DNA of 64,000 bases from Malacoraja senta (taxonomy: Eukaryota): assembly GCA_038087875.1 (NCBI GenBank), contig CM075991.1, forward strand, positions 11,348,001 through 11,412,000. Direction: 5' to 3'. The notes below the pieces were generated by a model that was not told the DNA's origin, did no database searches, and saw nothing but the letters and a program-made list of their open reading frames with translations. Each line of letters starts with the position of its first letter. The stretch's first letter is position 1. The position numbers were made by a program, and so were the translations under genes. Positions 50,599 through 64,000 of the stretch are shown here, one piece after another.

Positions 50599-53495
50599 GT
50601 GAGTGCCACAGGGACCTCCAATGTCCTCTCGTCTCATTAAATTCCATTTCCCTCTTCCATCCTGTTTGTATGTTTTTTGTCATGTTCTACTTGCAGCAGA
50701 TTTTTGAGGCAGAATCATGTTATTTAAATAGTAGTAACACTTCTACTTGCTGTCACGACAGCACTTTTCCAAGCTCACTTCTGTGTCTTGATATACTGTT
50801 CGGACTTTTCCCATTGCTGGGCTGGCTGGATCTGTATAATCCCTGAGGCTCAGGTGTACTGTGGGTTCGTTGCAGGATCACACATACATTCTTCCTGTGG
50901 GGTGATACGGGCTCTTTTATGTTCATTTTCACCATTTTTGTTTTTACTTCCTTGCCTTTTGAGGTTTTTGCTCAACTGTTCAAACCTGAGCCATAAGTTG
51001 ACCTTGGATGAGGAAGACAATTTGGTAACGTGGTTTCTGGTGAGACATTGTGTGCAGTGTATCCAACAGGACTTTGTCGTATTTTCTTGCGGGAGGAATA
51101 GATCAGGCTTGAGCCAAATAGTTTACTATTTCCACATTATTTCAGCAAGTTTAGCTGATATTTGTCCATGATGGCACGAGTGGTGGAATTAGTTCCTTAC
51201 TGAATATTATATTCAGTAATAGAATTATAAAGATGAATTGCAGAGTTCGACCCTGCATTTTCCTGCGGTCTTGGGCAGAACAGTTGCTCTACCAGCTGAC
51301 ACATCCCAATGGGATGTTTTCTGTGGTACATCTGTAGAAAGAGTCATTTGGGATGTGTGAATTTCCTTAGTTTCTATGGAAGTAGAGATTGTGTGCTTTC
51401 AAGATAGTCAAGAGTGTTTAATTGTTATTTGCACCGAAAAGGGGACATTAAAATTCTTGCAGCATCATCATAGGTCTGTAAGCACAGTCCTTGATAGATA
51501 ACTTGATAAGCAAACAAAAATAGTTCAACACATAAAAAAAAAATATGAGTGCAAAACGAAACAAAAGCTCAGTCCCTAGTGCAACCAAGACAGTTGATAG
51601 TGCGTAGTTGAGTTGGTGTTTGTAGTGTTCAATAGCCTGCAACGGTGTTCTTGGCCATAGTGTCCATGTGGTTGGACAAGCACATATTGTTGGTGATATT
51701 TACACCTAAGAACTATGCTCTTGACCATCTCCACTTCAGCACCATCAATGTAGACCTGTACACCACACTGCCTTCTGGTCAATGACATTGAAGGGGTTGT
51801 TATTGCCTTGACAAGTTGCTGCTCAGCTCGCTATCTCCTTCCTGCAGTCTGTCTTGTTGTTCCAGATCCGGCCTACCACAATGAATGGTGTAACCTGTAA
51901 ACTTATAGATGGAGTTAGAGCAGAATTTGCCTGCACTGGTGTGAGTGTATAGGGAGTATAACAAGGAGCTGGGAATGCATCCTTACGAAGCACTAGTGTT
52001 GAGAATTATCGTGGGGAGGTTTTATCACCTATCCCTCCCTGATTGTGGTCTATGGGTCAGGAAGTCAAGGATCCAGTGGCAGAGGGGGATGCTAAACCCT
52101 GGATCCAGGAGATGGAGATGAATGTTTGGTTAGATTAATCTAACATTATGACTCTTAGATAACCTGTTTTGCCTTCAGGTTGTACTATTGAGGATAGTAA
52201 TCAACAAATGGTTACCCTGTCAACTCTCTCGTACCGTTGTAAATGAGAGCTGTGCCTCTGGGAAAGGTCCTTGAGGAAGGAGCCTGCACTGTTTTAATGT
52301 GTAACAAGTTATGTTTGCAAAATGTTACAAAGTGGCAATGTACTGAAATAGTTACAATGTATCAAAAGGAACTGCAGATGCTGGTTCATGATAGACAAAA
52401 AAAGCGTTGGAGTAACTCAGAGGGTCAGGCAGCAGGCATCTCTGGAGAAAATGGATAGGTGACATTTCGGGTCGGGACCCTTGTTCAGACTGGTTATAGT
52501 AGGGAGAGTGGGGGGAAAACTGGAAACGAAGAAAGAAAACAGGATAAATCGGGGCCGGCAACAGTTTACCTCAGGCAAGGAAGTTCCCTGATAAGCTGAC
52601 TGTTGGCTTGAGACAGGTAGGTGTGAGCCCAAGTGGGATACACGGTTGCAACTGTTGAACTAATTAACTAGACAACGTAGAGAAACAAAAATGGGAAAAT
52701 AGCCAAAAATGTGATCTTAAAAAAGGTGGTTCTTAGAGGGAAGATAGAGTTTAAGGGCGGGTCCTTCCTGGCAGCATCATGCACAGATGCCATTAGCAGG
52801 AAACCGAGGACTACACACGGCCAGAATTGGTGGAGCACAGTTTAGTTTAGAGATACAGCGCGGAAACAGGCCCTTCAGCCCACCTAGTCCGCACCAACCA
52901 GTACATTAACGCTATCCTACACACACTAGGGACAATTTACACTTATACCAAGCCAATTAACCTACAAACTTGTACGTCTTTGGAATGTGGGAGGAAACCG
53001 AAGATCTCGGAGAAAATCCAGGGAGAACGTACAAACTCCCTACAGATCGGGATCGAACCCGGATCTCCGGTGCTGCAAGCGCTGTAAAGCAGCAACTCTA
53101 CTGCAGAGCCACCATGCTGCCCCACTGTTATAAAGGTGGCTAGTGTAGGAAGGAACTGCAGATGCTGGTTTACACTGTCTGAAGAAGGGTCTCCACCTGA
53201 AAAGTCACCCATTCCTTCTCTCCAGAGATGCTGCCTGTCCCACTGAGTTACTCCAGCATTTTGTGTCTATTTAGGAAGCTTGGTGGACAGCAGAGTAACT
53301 GCACAGCAGGTGATCAGCAAAGGGCAGTGAGCTCCTTCTCAGATGTTCAACGATAACCCGAGAATGTTTCTGTAGAGAATCAAATCGTTCAGTACACTCG
53401 GTCTATATTGGTACTTGCCTCCACGTGATCCCCCAGTCTCACCCTGGCCTGTTGGTCACTCTGCAGATCCTTCAACAACCTCTTCATCTCCCTGA

Positions 53496-53718
53496 AGGGC
53501 CTGTCCCACTCGGGCGTCATTTGCGCGTAATTTACGAGACACCATTTACGCGTCACGACGCCCAACGGGCGCATCGTGACACACATGGTGCGCATTACGC
53601 ACGCATGGTGCGTGGTGACGTAGGCAGTGACGCGCGGTGCCCCAGGATTTTGGGATGTACAAAATCTTCGCGCGCCATCTGCGTGACGTGCAAATGAGGC
53701 CCAAGTGGGACGGGCCCT
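53496..53718. mobile_element. PIF/Harbinger-type MITE (family B, opposite orientation to 18179)
   Basis: Same TIR; TGA 3-bp TSD on both sides. Confidence 0.85.
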
Positions 53719-53921
53719 TGACTTCCATTTTGTCACCCAATCTGTCCTGATAAACACATTCTAATCAAGGTACTATAGAAGTCTCCATTCTAATTGAAAT
53801 TTGACCCCAAATGTTGTTGGCACTCTGACATTATTAACCTGTGTTGCACCATTTAATGATTTGAGAATTGTTGCAGTAACATTTTAGTTGTGAACGTGGA
53901 TGATTCATTTCTTTCTTCTAG

Positions 53922-54026
53922 GCTGACACTACGCATCCACTGACCAAACATAGGAAAATTGCATCGTCATTTCGAGACGCATCGCTATTTGATATTTTCA
54001 CGCTTTCATGCAATTTACTAAAGCAG
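53922..54026 (+). CDS. XPO7: Exportin-7 exon 6
   Basis: [35 protein letters not shown]. Confidence 0.96.
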
Positions 54027-54094
54027 GTAAGGGTTTTACATTTTACCAACAATTGCAAACATTACTGGCGGAACCCCGAGATGATTCAAGCCTT

Positions 54095-55035
54095 ATTTAT
54101 CTTGATTCATATTTTTATTAGAAGCAAACATATTATAAAGTATAGTAACATATTATAATAGAAAAAAAAAACTTTTCATATACATCAATCATACATTTAA
54201 AATTGTCAATTGTCGATTAATTCTGCTTTTTATATAGATAGAAAAAGAGAGGTAGAAAGAAAAAAGCATTACAAATATCACAAAAAAAAAGAGGTGGAAT
54301 GAGTTACTTATAATACGTCATTGGAGATAAGTCCGTAGGTTATGAAATATAATTTTACATCTAATCCTGAGTTCAAGCTTCAGTTGGGTTTTCGTGCTGG
54401 GCCCATCTATCCCTTCAAATAGTTAATGAATGGAGCCCATATTTTAACAAAAAGTTCTTGTTTGTCCATTAAGACAAGTCTAATTCTTTCTAGATGTAGG
54501 GTCTCCGACATTTCCACAATCCACATTTTAATTGTGGGGGTTATAGGACCTTTCCAAAATTGTAATATTAATTTTTTTTCCCAGTTATTATACTGTAGTC
54601 AAGGAAGTTTCTTTGGCTTGTTGTGAGTGTTAAACTTTGTTCTGATATCCCAAGTATTATTAATTTTGAGTCTGGATCCAATTAAGTATTAACAACTTCA
54701 GAAATTATTTCAAAAATATCAATCCAGAAATTTTTGATTTTTATACAATTTGCAAAAGTATGTGTTAAATTGGCCTCTAGATGTAGGCATTTATCACAGA
54801 TAGGAGAAATATGTGGGAAGATTCTATTTAGTTTTGTTTTGGAGTAATGTAATCTATGTAAGACTTTAAATTGTATTAAAGCATGTCTGGCATTTAACGA
54901 GCATTGATGTATATGTTGTAAACTTTCGTCCCAAATGTCTTTCGTTATAGAATGACCTAACTCATTTTCCCATGTGTGTCTATATAGTTCCATCGGTGGT
55001 ACCTCATTGTTTAAGAGGGTGCTATAAATATAAGC
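54095..55035 (-). mobile_element. L1/Tx1-clade LINE 3' fragment
   Basis: WENELG..IQFKVLHRLHYSKTKL..CDKC..HTFANC (C-terminal zinc knuckle); A-rich 3' end. Confidence 0.85.
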
Positions 55036-55845
55036 TATATTTATAACTGAGCATCATGAACAAAGACATTGTGCCGTTCAATAGATGCACTGTGTAGTTA
55101 CCCGTCCCACGAGGTGAATCGCTACGCAAAAGATGGCAAACAATGTAATGATTCTGTGCGTTAGATTGGGCCTTCATTTAGTCTACACACCAGACTACTA
55201 TTCCAATATCTGGAGTAAAAAAAACGAAGAATTCGAGATTTCCCATCTCAAAATCTTAGGTTTTAAATTGGACAGTGGTGCAGTTTGAAGTGTTTGTACC
55301 AAGAATCTATGGAACGAACTAATGCAATGGGATTGACCCACCCAAAGACAGTGCAAGCAGACGAAATGTGTTGGAAGGAACTGCAGATGTTGGTTTAATC
55401 CGAAGATAGACACAAAATGCAAGGGAGTCTGAAGTAGGGTCTCAACCCCATTCCTTCTCTTCAGAGATGCTGCCTGTCCTGCTGTGTTACTCCAGCATTT
55501 TGTGTCTATCTTCAGTTTAAACCAACATCTGCAGTTCCTTCCTATACAATATCTGCAATGTTGTCCCAGCCACGGGAGAGCCCTCCTTGCTGAACTATCC
55601 CTGAGGATGCTTGCAGCTAGAATTGATAGAATATATGCACCAAAGACAGGAGAATTTGTCAGTAGATCATAGGCAGGGTCACAGGATTTTATCATTTGTG
55701 CAGCTTGGGACCCCATTACAATTTTTTGAAGTTATTTATTTGTTTATTTTATTTTTTTGAAGTCACCTTACTGCCGATGAAAAGATTCATGGCCCTGCAC
55801 CTGCTGTTTCTCTGGGTTATTCTAATGGCATGCACTTTCTTGCAG

Positions 55846-56011
55846 GCATCAGGAAAGAGCTTAAATCTGAACGATGAAAGCCAACACGGTCTTCTAATGC
55901 AGCTCCTTAAACTAGCCCACAGCTGCCTCAACTTCGACTTCATTGGCACGTCAACAGACGAGTCATCGGACGACCTTTGTACTGTCCAGATTCCAACCAG
56001 CTGGAGGTCAG
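55846..56011 (+). CDS. XPO7: Exportin-7 exon 7
   Basis: [23 protein letters not shown]...[14 protein letters not shown]. Confidence 0.96.
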
Positions 56012-57030
56012 GTATGGTCATATTCAGTAGTTTGTGCCACAACATCATTTGTCACGTTAATGCTTAAAGTGGAAGAACAGTCCTTTCTCCTACCCTGTCC
56101 CCTCACCCCTCAATCTGCACCAACCCATGAAGACTCTACCACATACTTTTAGCTTCCATTCCCTCTACACCAATACTTGGCTCTGCTCTCCCCTTAACCC
56201 ACCCTGTTCAATCACTCTCACTATTTAGTTCTCCTTGTCACTCTCTTCCTCCTTCGTCCTGTCTTCTCCCTGCCCCTCCCTGCATGCTTTTGCACTCTTC
56301 CACGTGTTTCTCGGTGTGGTTGGTTGCCCCATGCTCTTGCCATCACTCTGCCCTGCTCATACCCTCCCTCACCCCCACATTCTCCCCGCCAAAGTGTGCT
56401 CGTTTCCCTGTGCTCTCCTAATGCACCGGTTCTCTCCGGCCTGCGTCTCCTCATAAATGTGGAGACGCCCTCCCACCCTCCCCCCCCCCCCCCGCCCCAA
56501 GACTAGCCGACCCCACTGCTCTCATAGGTTTCTTGTCCACTCCCCTCCCCTCTCCCCCAAGCTCCTAGCTTCCATTTCCACATGAATACTATCAGTTGCC
56601 CACCACTTTTTTTGTGTAGCCTTTCAGCAGTTAATTTGATAATGTTTTCATGTCTTTCATATTAAAACCTGAGTGATCCATGTTGGCCATTAGCAAATGC
56701 CTGGTTATCATCAGATTTGTGTTTTATGGCCACAATTACATTTAATGTGTTGAAACTGGATAAATATTAGGTGGAATAGCTTCTTCTCTCTCCCCCGTGT
56801 TTCTTGTTTATATATGATACACCCATTGTCTTTGCTGTGTTGTGGATGCCAGGATCCTCAGCATCAAAGATCTTGATTGCAGTCTTTATTTTCATTACAG
56901 CTGTCGCTTCTAATATATTATTTCAAATGAATAATTTAAATGTAATTCTATTCATGAAATTATGCCAAAAAAGAGTTACAGTGAAATTGCTTTTACGATC
57001 GGTTTTCTTGTTGTACCCCAGAGGTACTAA

Positions 57031-57292
57031 AGGGCCCGTCCCACTTTCACGTCCTAATTCACAACCTTTTTTTACCCGTGGACATTTTTCATCATGTTGA
57101 AAAACCGCCCCGACCTACTTGATGCCACGAGTACCTACGACTACTTGATGCCACGAGTATCACGACCTGCTATGACTTACCTACGACCTCCTACGACCTA
57201 CCTACGACCTCGTGATGACCATGCTGCGAGTATGAGTCAAGGGCAAACTCGGCAGAGGTCGTGAATTAGGTCGTGAAAGTGAGACAGGCCCT
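57031..57292. mobile_element. PIF/Harbinger-type MITE (related to family A)
   Basis: TAA TSD, TIRs, shares GACCATGCTGCG..GGGCAAACTCG with the 17147 element. Confidence 0.82.
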
Positions 57293-57803
57293 TAACGCTC
57301 CTTGCATTAGTCGTGATCTTTTGAATCAGTTACTGTCCAGATTCTGATTTTGATTAACAACATTTTTTAATAATATTGTTTACTAACAATTGTGTGAATT
57401 TTTTCTGAAGTGATTTAATCTATGCAGTAGATTTTAATAATGTTTTGATGCTTTTGATGAATTGATGGAGAGCGTGTCCAAATGTGGAAGCAGATTTTTA
57501 AAATTGTGCTTTCTGTTTTTCTCACTTGAGGTACGTTAATGACCAGTTCTGTCAAGGAATTTATATAACCCCAATGTAATCATCCCGAGAGAAGTCATTC
57601 CCCAGATGAAGAGACCTTTATATTTGTAGTTAGTGCTGCTCAGAGCTAAATGTTTCAATACCAGAATCTTGCACTGATTGCTTATATGTTAGGAAGATTA
57701 AATTGATACCATGTTGGTACCCTATTTAAATGCCAGCTGCAGAGTTAATAACGATCTATTGAAATGTAGATAACCACTAGACCTCGTCATCCAACAACCC
57801 TAA

Positions 57804-58098
57804 AGGGCCTGTCCCACTTACGCAACCTTTGCAGGCGACTGCCGGCACACATCATAGGTCGCCGAAATTTTCAACATGTTGAAAATTCAGCGGCGGCCAG
57901 AAAGACGCTACGACTCTTTGGAGACCTCTCACGACCATAGGCTGTATGGTCGTGAGAGGTCGCCATTGGTCGTGAGAGGTCTCCAAAGAGTCGTAGCGTC
58001 TTTCTGGTCGCCACTGAATTTTCAACGTTGAAAATTTCGGCGACCTATGACGGGTGCTGGCAGTCGCCTGTAAAGGTCGCGTAAGTGGGACAGGCCCT
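57804..58098. mobile_element. Fully palindromic MITE (family C); right arm alone at ~59845-59999
   Basis: Arms are reverse complements over ~135 bp; same TIR. Confidence 0.88.
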
Positions 58099-58899
58099 TT
58101 AGATGACAAAATCTGAGGAATGGGAAGTGGAGTGTTTCACTAACATTACTTAGTCTTCACTTGCTGATCCGCAACAGTGGAGGGGAAGAAAAACCCCAGA
58201 GCTTGGCAATCGTGGGTCTAAAGTCACCCAGGTCCACTATTCATGCATTGGTGTCATCATTAAAATGACTACAATGTGGTCATTTTAGAGCAAAACTAGT
58301 TACTAACATGAAAACTGGAATGTCTGGCTATCAAAAGTTTGACCCAGCAACCTCGTAGATGCCAGTTTCATATTCTGCCAGTCACTTGCTTATGCAATAT
58401 CTCAGCTGCGTTAAATATCTGTCAGGTTCTTGTCTTTCATCCCATGAGCACGTGGTATTATTTCAGTTTCTCCCTGGCAGTGTATTCATTGACAGGGTAA
58501 GTGATTATCAGGTTACATGGCTATGTTGTCAGTCTTTCACACAGAACTATGAATAGTACTGTACAAGGGATTGGCGAGGCTGCATTTGGAATATTGTGTG
58601 CCGTTCTGCTTGCGTCGCTGAAGGAAGGATGATATCGAACTGGAAAGGGGCAGAAAAGATTCACAAGGAAGTTATCGGAACTGGAGGGCTAGAGTGATAA
58701 GGAGAGACTGGAGGTTTATAAAATCATGAGGGCATAAATAAAGCAAATGGTCATAGTCTTTTTTGCCAGTCTTTTTTGGCAGCAATGCATACCTTGCATA
58801 TTTAGCAACAGGCAGGTGGAATTTGTAATGTTTTAGTTCTTTATTTTCACCTTCTTTCTTCAAGGCCGCTGAGTTAAAACCTCCACTTTCTCTCAACAG

Positions 58900-58973
58900 C
58901 TTTCCTGGATTCATCAACCCTGCAGTTGTTTTTCGACTTGTACCATTCCATCCCTCCGTCACTGTCCCCTCTG
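58900..58973 (+). CDS. XPO7: Exportin-7 exon 8
   Basis: (A)[24 protein letters not shown]; cag/gtgagt. Confidence 0.95.
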
Positions 58974-60414
58974 GTGAGTTGTGCTTCTCTCTGTTGGAGG
59001 TGCAGGGACGTGTGAGGGGCAGGAGAGAAGAAATGTTATCTGTGTCGTCGTGGCGATTCTCCCATCCCGCACCCCACACCACAGATTGAGTACTTTAGAC
59101 TGGACTTAAGAGACACAGTGTGGAAACAGGCCCACGGAGACCGTGCCAACCAGCGATCACCCTGTGGCCTAAACACTATCCTACACACTAGGGACAATTT
59201 TACGATTTTACCAAACCCAATTAACCCTCGCAAATCTGTACGTCTTTGGAGTGTGGGAGGAAACCAGAACCCCTGGAGAAAACCCATGCGATCACAGGGG
59301 GAAACTACAAACTCCGTACAGACAGCAACGTGGTCAGGATTGAACCCAGGTCTCTAGCGCTGCACCTCTGTGTCAGCCATTCTCTTCCAAGACTTTTCCA
59401 GTTGTGCATCCCTAGAATGCAAACCAAGACCCCGTTTATGTCTGGTTTTCCATTAATTTAGAGACACAGATACTGGAAGAAATGTGGCTCTGATTTACCC
59501 ACCAGTGGAAGACGAGCTTTACTGAAACTAACCTGGTAAACGAGCAGGTAAATATAAGAGAGCAGAATTAGTTGCTGAATCGCTGAGGACCAGAATGGGC
59601 CAGCTCAGATGGTCAGCAAGGAGGCAGATAGAGAGGGGTGCTGACGGAGCACCAACAAGAATGGGAATTGATCATTCTCAGCAGCCATTCAGCCCCTCCA
59701 TCCTCCTACTAAGGTTCACAACAAAAAAAAACTCAAAGTACTGGAGTAACTCACCAGGACAGGTAGCATCTTTGGAGGACATGGATAGATCAAAACGTCA
59801 CCTATCTGTTACCTCCAGAGATGCTGGAGTGACATAGACTTAGATGCGTGTCACGGGGTCGTAAGTAGTCGCCCAAAGAGTCGTACCTTTTTCTGGTCGC
59901 CGCTGGATTTTCAACATTTTGAACATTTTCAGCGACCTGCTGCGACTATGACGGGTGCCGGCAAGTCGCCGAATAAATCGCGTAAGTGGGGCAGGCCCTT
60001 TAATGTGTTGTGATAACATTTAAATTGATTATAGTGAGGTCTGGTTCATTTCACATTGACTTATTTTGGCTGGTTCCCCATCATTGAATTCATACCTCTG
60101 CTGGAATAAAACATCCAGTCAATGTATTCTCATAATATAATAAATGTTATCATATTACATAAATTCACCGTCACACACATACCAGAACAGGGATCCTGTT
60201 GCTCATTAAGAACAACAACCTGTAAGGTGCTGTGTCTACAAGTATCTGTACCCTGCAGTGAAGTGTCCATTAATGAATGGATCTACAGTATATGCTTGTA
60301 AAACACTATGTATTAATAGTGATCGTCTGGAGGGCTCCATATTTGAATGATTAATGTGTAAGTTTATATTTGAAGGAAGTTGCTGCTCCTGCCATCATTC
60401 CCACACGACAATCA

Positions 60415-60898
60415 TAGAGAAAAACATAGAAACATGGAAAAATAGGTGCAGAAGTAGGCCATTCGGCCCTTTGAGCCAGCACCGCCATTCAATATGATCA
60501 TGGCTGATCACCTAAAATCAGTACCCCGTTCCTGCTTTTCCACCATATCCCTTGATTCCGTTAGCCCTAAGAGCTAAATCTAACTCTCTTTTGAATATAT
60601 CCAGTGAATTGGCCTCCACTGCCTGCTGTGGCAGAGAATTCCACAGATTCACAACTCTCTGGGTGAAGACGTTTTTCCTCATCTCAGTCCTAAATGGCCT
60701 ACCCTCTTGTTCTCAAACTGTGACCCCTGGTTCTCGACTTCCCCCAACATCGAGAACATTTTTCCTACATCTAGCCTGTCCAATCTTTTAAACATGTTAT
60801 ATGTTTCTAAAGATCCCTCTCATCCTTCTAAATTCGTGAATACCAGCCCAGTCGACCCATTATTTCATCATATGGCAGTCCCGCCATTCCTGGAATCG
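60415..60898 (-). mobile_element. CR1 LINE 3' fragment
   Basis: CR1 sequence with (TTTCTATG)n tail. Confidence 0.88.
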
Positions 60899-61278
60899 TG
60901 AAAGATTTTATTCTCATTTTGCTGTAAACCAATTTACCTGAAGGGACTCAATGCTCTGGAAATGGGTATGGTTGGAAAACCAAAATCTAGAGTGCAACTT
61001 TTAAACCATGGTGTGGTAGATTGACGGAGGCAGCATCAGCTCATCAGTCTGGGCTGCTGCTGCAACCTTCTGATTCGTACTTTCCCCATAGCCATGAAAA
61101 TACCCGCTCACAGTCACACTCTCTCGCACAATACATACACACACTCACACAAAACACACACACACACTCACACTGAACATTCCCTCGAGCAAAGGGGAAT
61201 CTCAGGTGCCCACGAGACTTTGAGTTAAAGCACTGATATCAAGCTGTGCTGTCTGACCGTGGCTCTCTTCTCTTGCAG

Positions 61279-61398
61279 GTCTTATCGTGTTTAGTACAGA
61301 TCGCTTCAGTCCGGAGGTCGCTATTTAACAATGCAGAACGTGCAAAATTCCTCTCTCACCTCGTGGATGGCGTGAAGAGAGTTTTAGAAAATCCACAG
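61279..61398 (+). CDS. XPO7: Exportin-7 exon 9
   Basis: [40 protein letters not shown]. Confidence 0.96.
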
Positions 61399-62252
61399 GT
61401 GATGAACGGTTGGCTGATAATTTCTTATACAGATGGTGGAATAAAACCACCAACGTGAATTTTCTTCTAAGTGTGCAATCCTAGAAGTCTGTTTGTGATT
61501 CTTAAATGTGTCCATGGGTCATGGTTTCTGACTGCAAGGCACAGTTTCCCCGCAGATAGTGAGTTCCATTTCACTCACTTGAGGGCAAGGATGGTGTTAT
61601 TACTTCAGGAAGGAAGGAGTGTGAAGCTAGAGGAAGGAATATAGGTGTTGGGGGTCGGGGGTCGGTGGGGGGGAAAGAAATAGGTGTGTCCAGGTGGGGC
61701 ATAGGGGAGAGAAGGGGCGAGTGGGTAGAGGAAAATAAGTGGTGGGGGGGATGGTGAGGGAAGAGGCGGGGAGATTTGTCATTACCTAAAATTGGGATTG
61801 CCGTTGTGAACTATAAGGCATGGAGAAAGCTCCAGAAACAAACTCGACACTCACTGAGTTGTTGATATGGAAGGGAAGAAACAAATCTGGGTTTACATCT
61901 TGGAGGCAGAGGCACTCGTAGATGAACGTAGCTGGGAGTAGAGGTGGCTCATGTGTGTCCCTCAAGTGTGGTTCACAATTATATTTACTCCTGGCAGATT
62001 AATGGGTTCAGTATCACATCCCTGTCCAAATTAAGAATAAGTAATACTGGAAAAATATTAATTTTTGAAAATCTGATATAAAAATAGTAAGTGGCAGAAA
62101 CCTGTTTTATGTTGGGCATTTTCTGTATTTATTTCACATCAACGTCATGACTCCACAATCCTTGGCCCTTGGCCTGCAAAATTGTACATTGACCATTTTT
62201 GCCAACACTTACACTCGGTCTGCTATGGCCTGCTAGATCTCCCAGTCGCTAA

Positions 62253-62536
62253 AGGGCCTGTCCCACTATACGAGTTTACCCGAGTTTAAAAAAAAATCAA
62301 ACTCGTGGTAAGTACGTAGCGGGTACATCGTAGCTCGGGACGTCTCTTAGCGGCTCATAACGCTAACGGCAGGTACTCTGGAAACGCGGTAAGCTCGTGA
62401 AGTTATTTCAACAGTGTGAAAAATGTCCACGAGAGCCCTGAGTACCTACGAATGGCTATTACCGTAATTCTCTGAGTTCGAATCAGGGTAAACTCGGGAG
62501 AACTCTTGAATTACCTCATACAGTGGGACTGGCCCA
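62253..62536. mobile_element. PIF/Harbinger-type MITE (family D)
   Basis: AGGGCCTGTCCCACT ... AGTGGGACTGGCCC. Confidence 0.75.
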
Positions 62537-62544
62537 CAACTATT

Positions 62545-63082
62545 TTAAATCCTCACCCCATTCCCATATTGACCTTTCTGTCCTGGGCCTCCCCCATTGC
62601 TAGAGGTTGCCTCACACTCTGCTTGGGTATCCGACAGCTCAACGATATGAACATTGAATTCTCCAATTTTAGGATATGACAAATCTCCCCGCCTTCTTCC
62701 CTCACCAACCCCCTCCCCCCCCACTTATTTTCCTATACCCACTCCCCTCTTCTCTCCCCTATGCCCCACCTCGACTCACACCTATTTCTTCCCCCTCCAA
62801 CACGTATATTCCTTCCTCTAGCTTCACAATTCACAACTCTTTAATCCCTTTTCTCTCACACCTTCTGTCTTTTCTGTGGCTTTTGTCCAACCATCTTTTC
62901 ATCAAAACCCCCCTTCACTTGTATCAATCTATTACCTGCCACGCTTTGTACTGCCCCTCCTCCTCTCTTCTTGCTTTCTTCTCCACAATCAGTCTGAAGA
63001 AAGATCCCAACCCGAAACGTCACCTCTCCGTGTTCTCCAGAGATGCTGCCTGAGTTACTCCAGCACTTTGTGTCTACCTCAG
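62545..63082 (+). mobile_element. Degenerate Penelope-like 3' fragment
   Basis: DLSVLGL..MNIEFSNFR remnant, then CTGAAGA..CCCGAAACGTC. Confidence 0.65.
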
Positions 63083-63182
63083 GTGCTATAAAAGGTGGTA
63101 CATGTAAGGATTATCTTTACTGCTTAACGGTCTTGGTACTTATGGCAAGTATATATGTGTGAAACAGCAACTCCTTTTGCAG

Positions 63183-63329
63183 AGCTTGTCCGACCCGAAC
63201 AATTACCATGAGTTCTGCAGGTTATTGGCACGACTGAAGAGTAATTACCAACTGGGAGAGCTGGTGAAAGTGGAAAACTACCCTGAAGTCATCCGCCTAG
63301 TAGCCAATTTCACTGTAACTAGCCTTCAG
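63183..63329 (+). CDS. XPO7: Exportin-7 exon 10
   Basis: [49 protein letters not shown]. Confidence 0.96.
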
Positions 63330-63998
63330 GTACGACAACCAGCTACCTTTCTGGAGATGTTTATGAAAATGCATTTTGTTTATAGAATAGATAATCGTCA
63401 GTGGATGTATGTTGGGTGAATGAGCAACCTGTGGTTGTTAATACCTTTAGGAGAGATGTATGCCAGCATTTTGCATTAGTTTGAGATGCTTTGCTGCTCA
63501 ATCGCTACACAACATTTGAGCTGGGAACATTATATGACCTGCCAGTATCCAAAGTCTGTAAACCATACATGTTTCTGAGTCTATGCTGGCAGTAACCTGA
63601 CTTGGGTTGCCAATATCCTCAGGGTGTTAACAGCAGTATGAGTTTGATTGGTACGTACGTTATTTGTTAATGCGAGTTCCCTTCCGCAGTTGACCTTGCA
63701 TTCAAAGATGCAGCATTAAGTTGGTGGGAATTGAGTTAAAGACATATAGTGAGGTGCTAGTCAACACTTTTGGAAATTAAATAAGATTTATAATTTTCTC
63801 ATGTTTAGTTGAGATCTAATCTACATTGTATTTGATTAACCTATTCCCTAAACGAGTGCACAGTCAGACCTGATTCTTATGTGAGGTTGACACCAATAAA
63901 GAGTTGCCAGAAAGATGCATTGGTGGCCAAGAATTTCCCACTCTGGTAATTCTAGGTTAATGTTTTCTTGTGATTTCCTCCTGTTTTTTTTTCTATAG

Positions 63999-64000
63999 CA
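63999..64000 (+). CDS. XPO7: Probable start of exportin-7 exon 11
   Basis: Long polypyrimidine tract + tag, then CA (the next XPO7 residue is expected to be His). Confidence 0.6.

Overview
Repeat-rich vertebrate genomic DNA, most likely a cartilaginous fish (skate/ray-like), judged from its HE1-type V-SINEs and CR1/Penelope repeats. Two genes sit head-to-head around a CpG island at ~23.0-23.7 kb. On the - strand is a DOK1/2-family adaptor, called DOK2 from its position next to XPO7: four coding exons are found, and the first coding exon is missing, possibly in the 200-N gap. On the + strand is XPO7: coding exons 1-10 plus the first 2 nt of exon 11. The introns contain CR1, Rex1/Babar, L2 (one near-intact, full length) and L1 fragments, a Passport-type Tc1, hAT and PIF/Harbinger MITEs, SINEs and Penelope-derived elements with hammerhead-like cores. 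The best find is a 146-bp retroposon flanked by a 10-bp target-site duplication (TSD) at 9771-9916. Its first 54 nt fold into a minimal HDV/CPEB3-like self-cleaving ribozyme that starts exactly at the insertion boundary; a second ribozyme copy is at 640-692. All family assignments are from recalled sequence knowledge, not database searches. Repeat boundaries are approximate unless a TSD is given.
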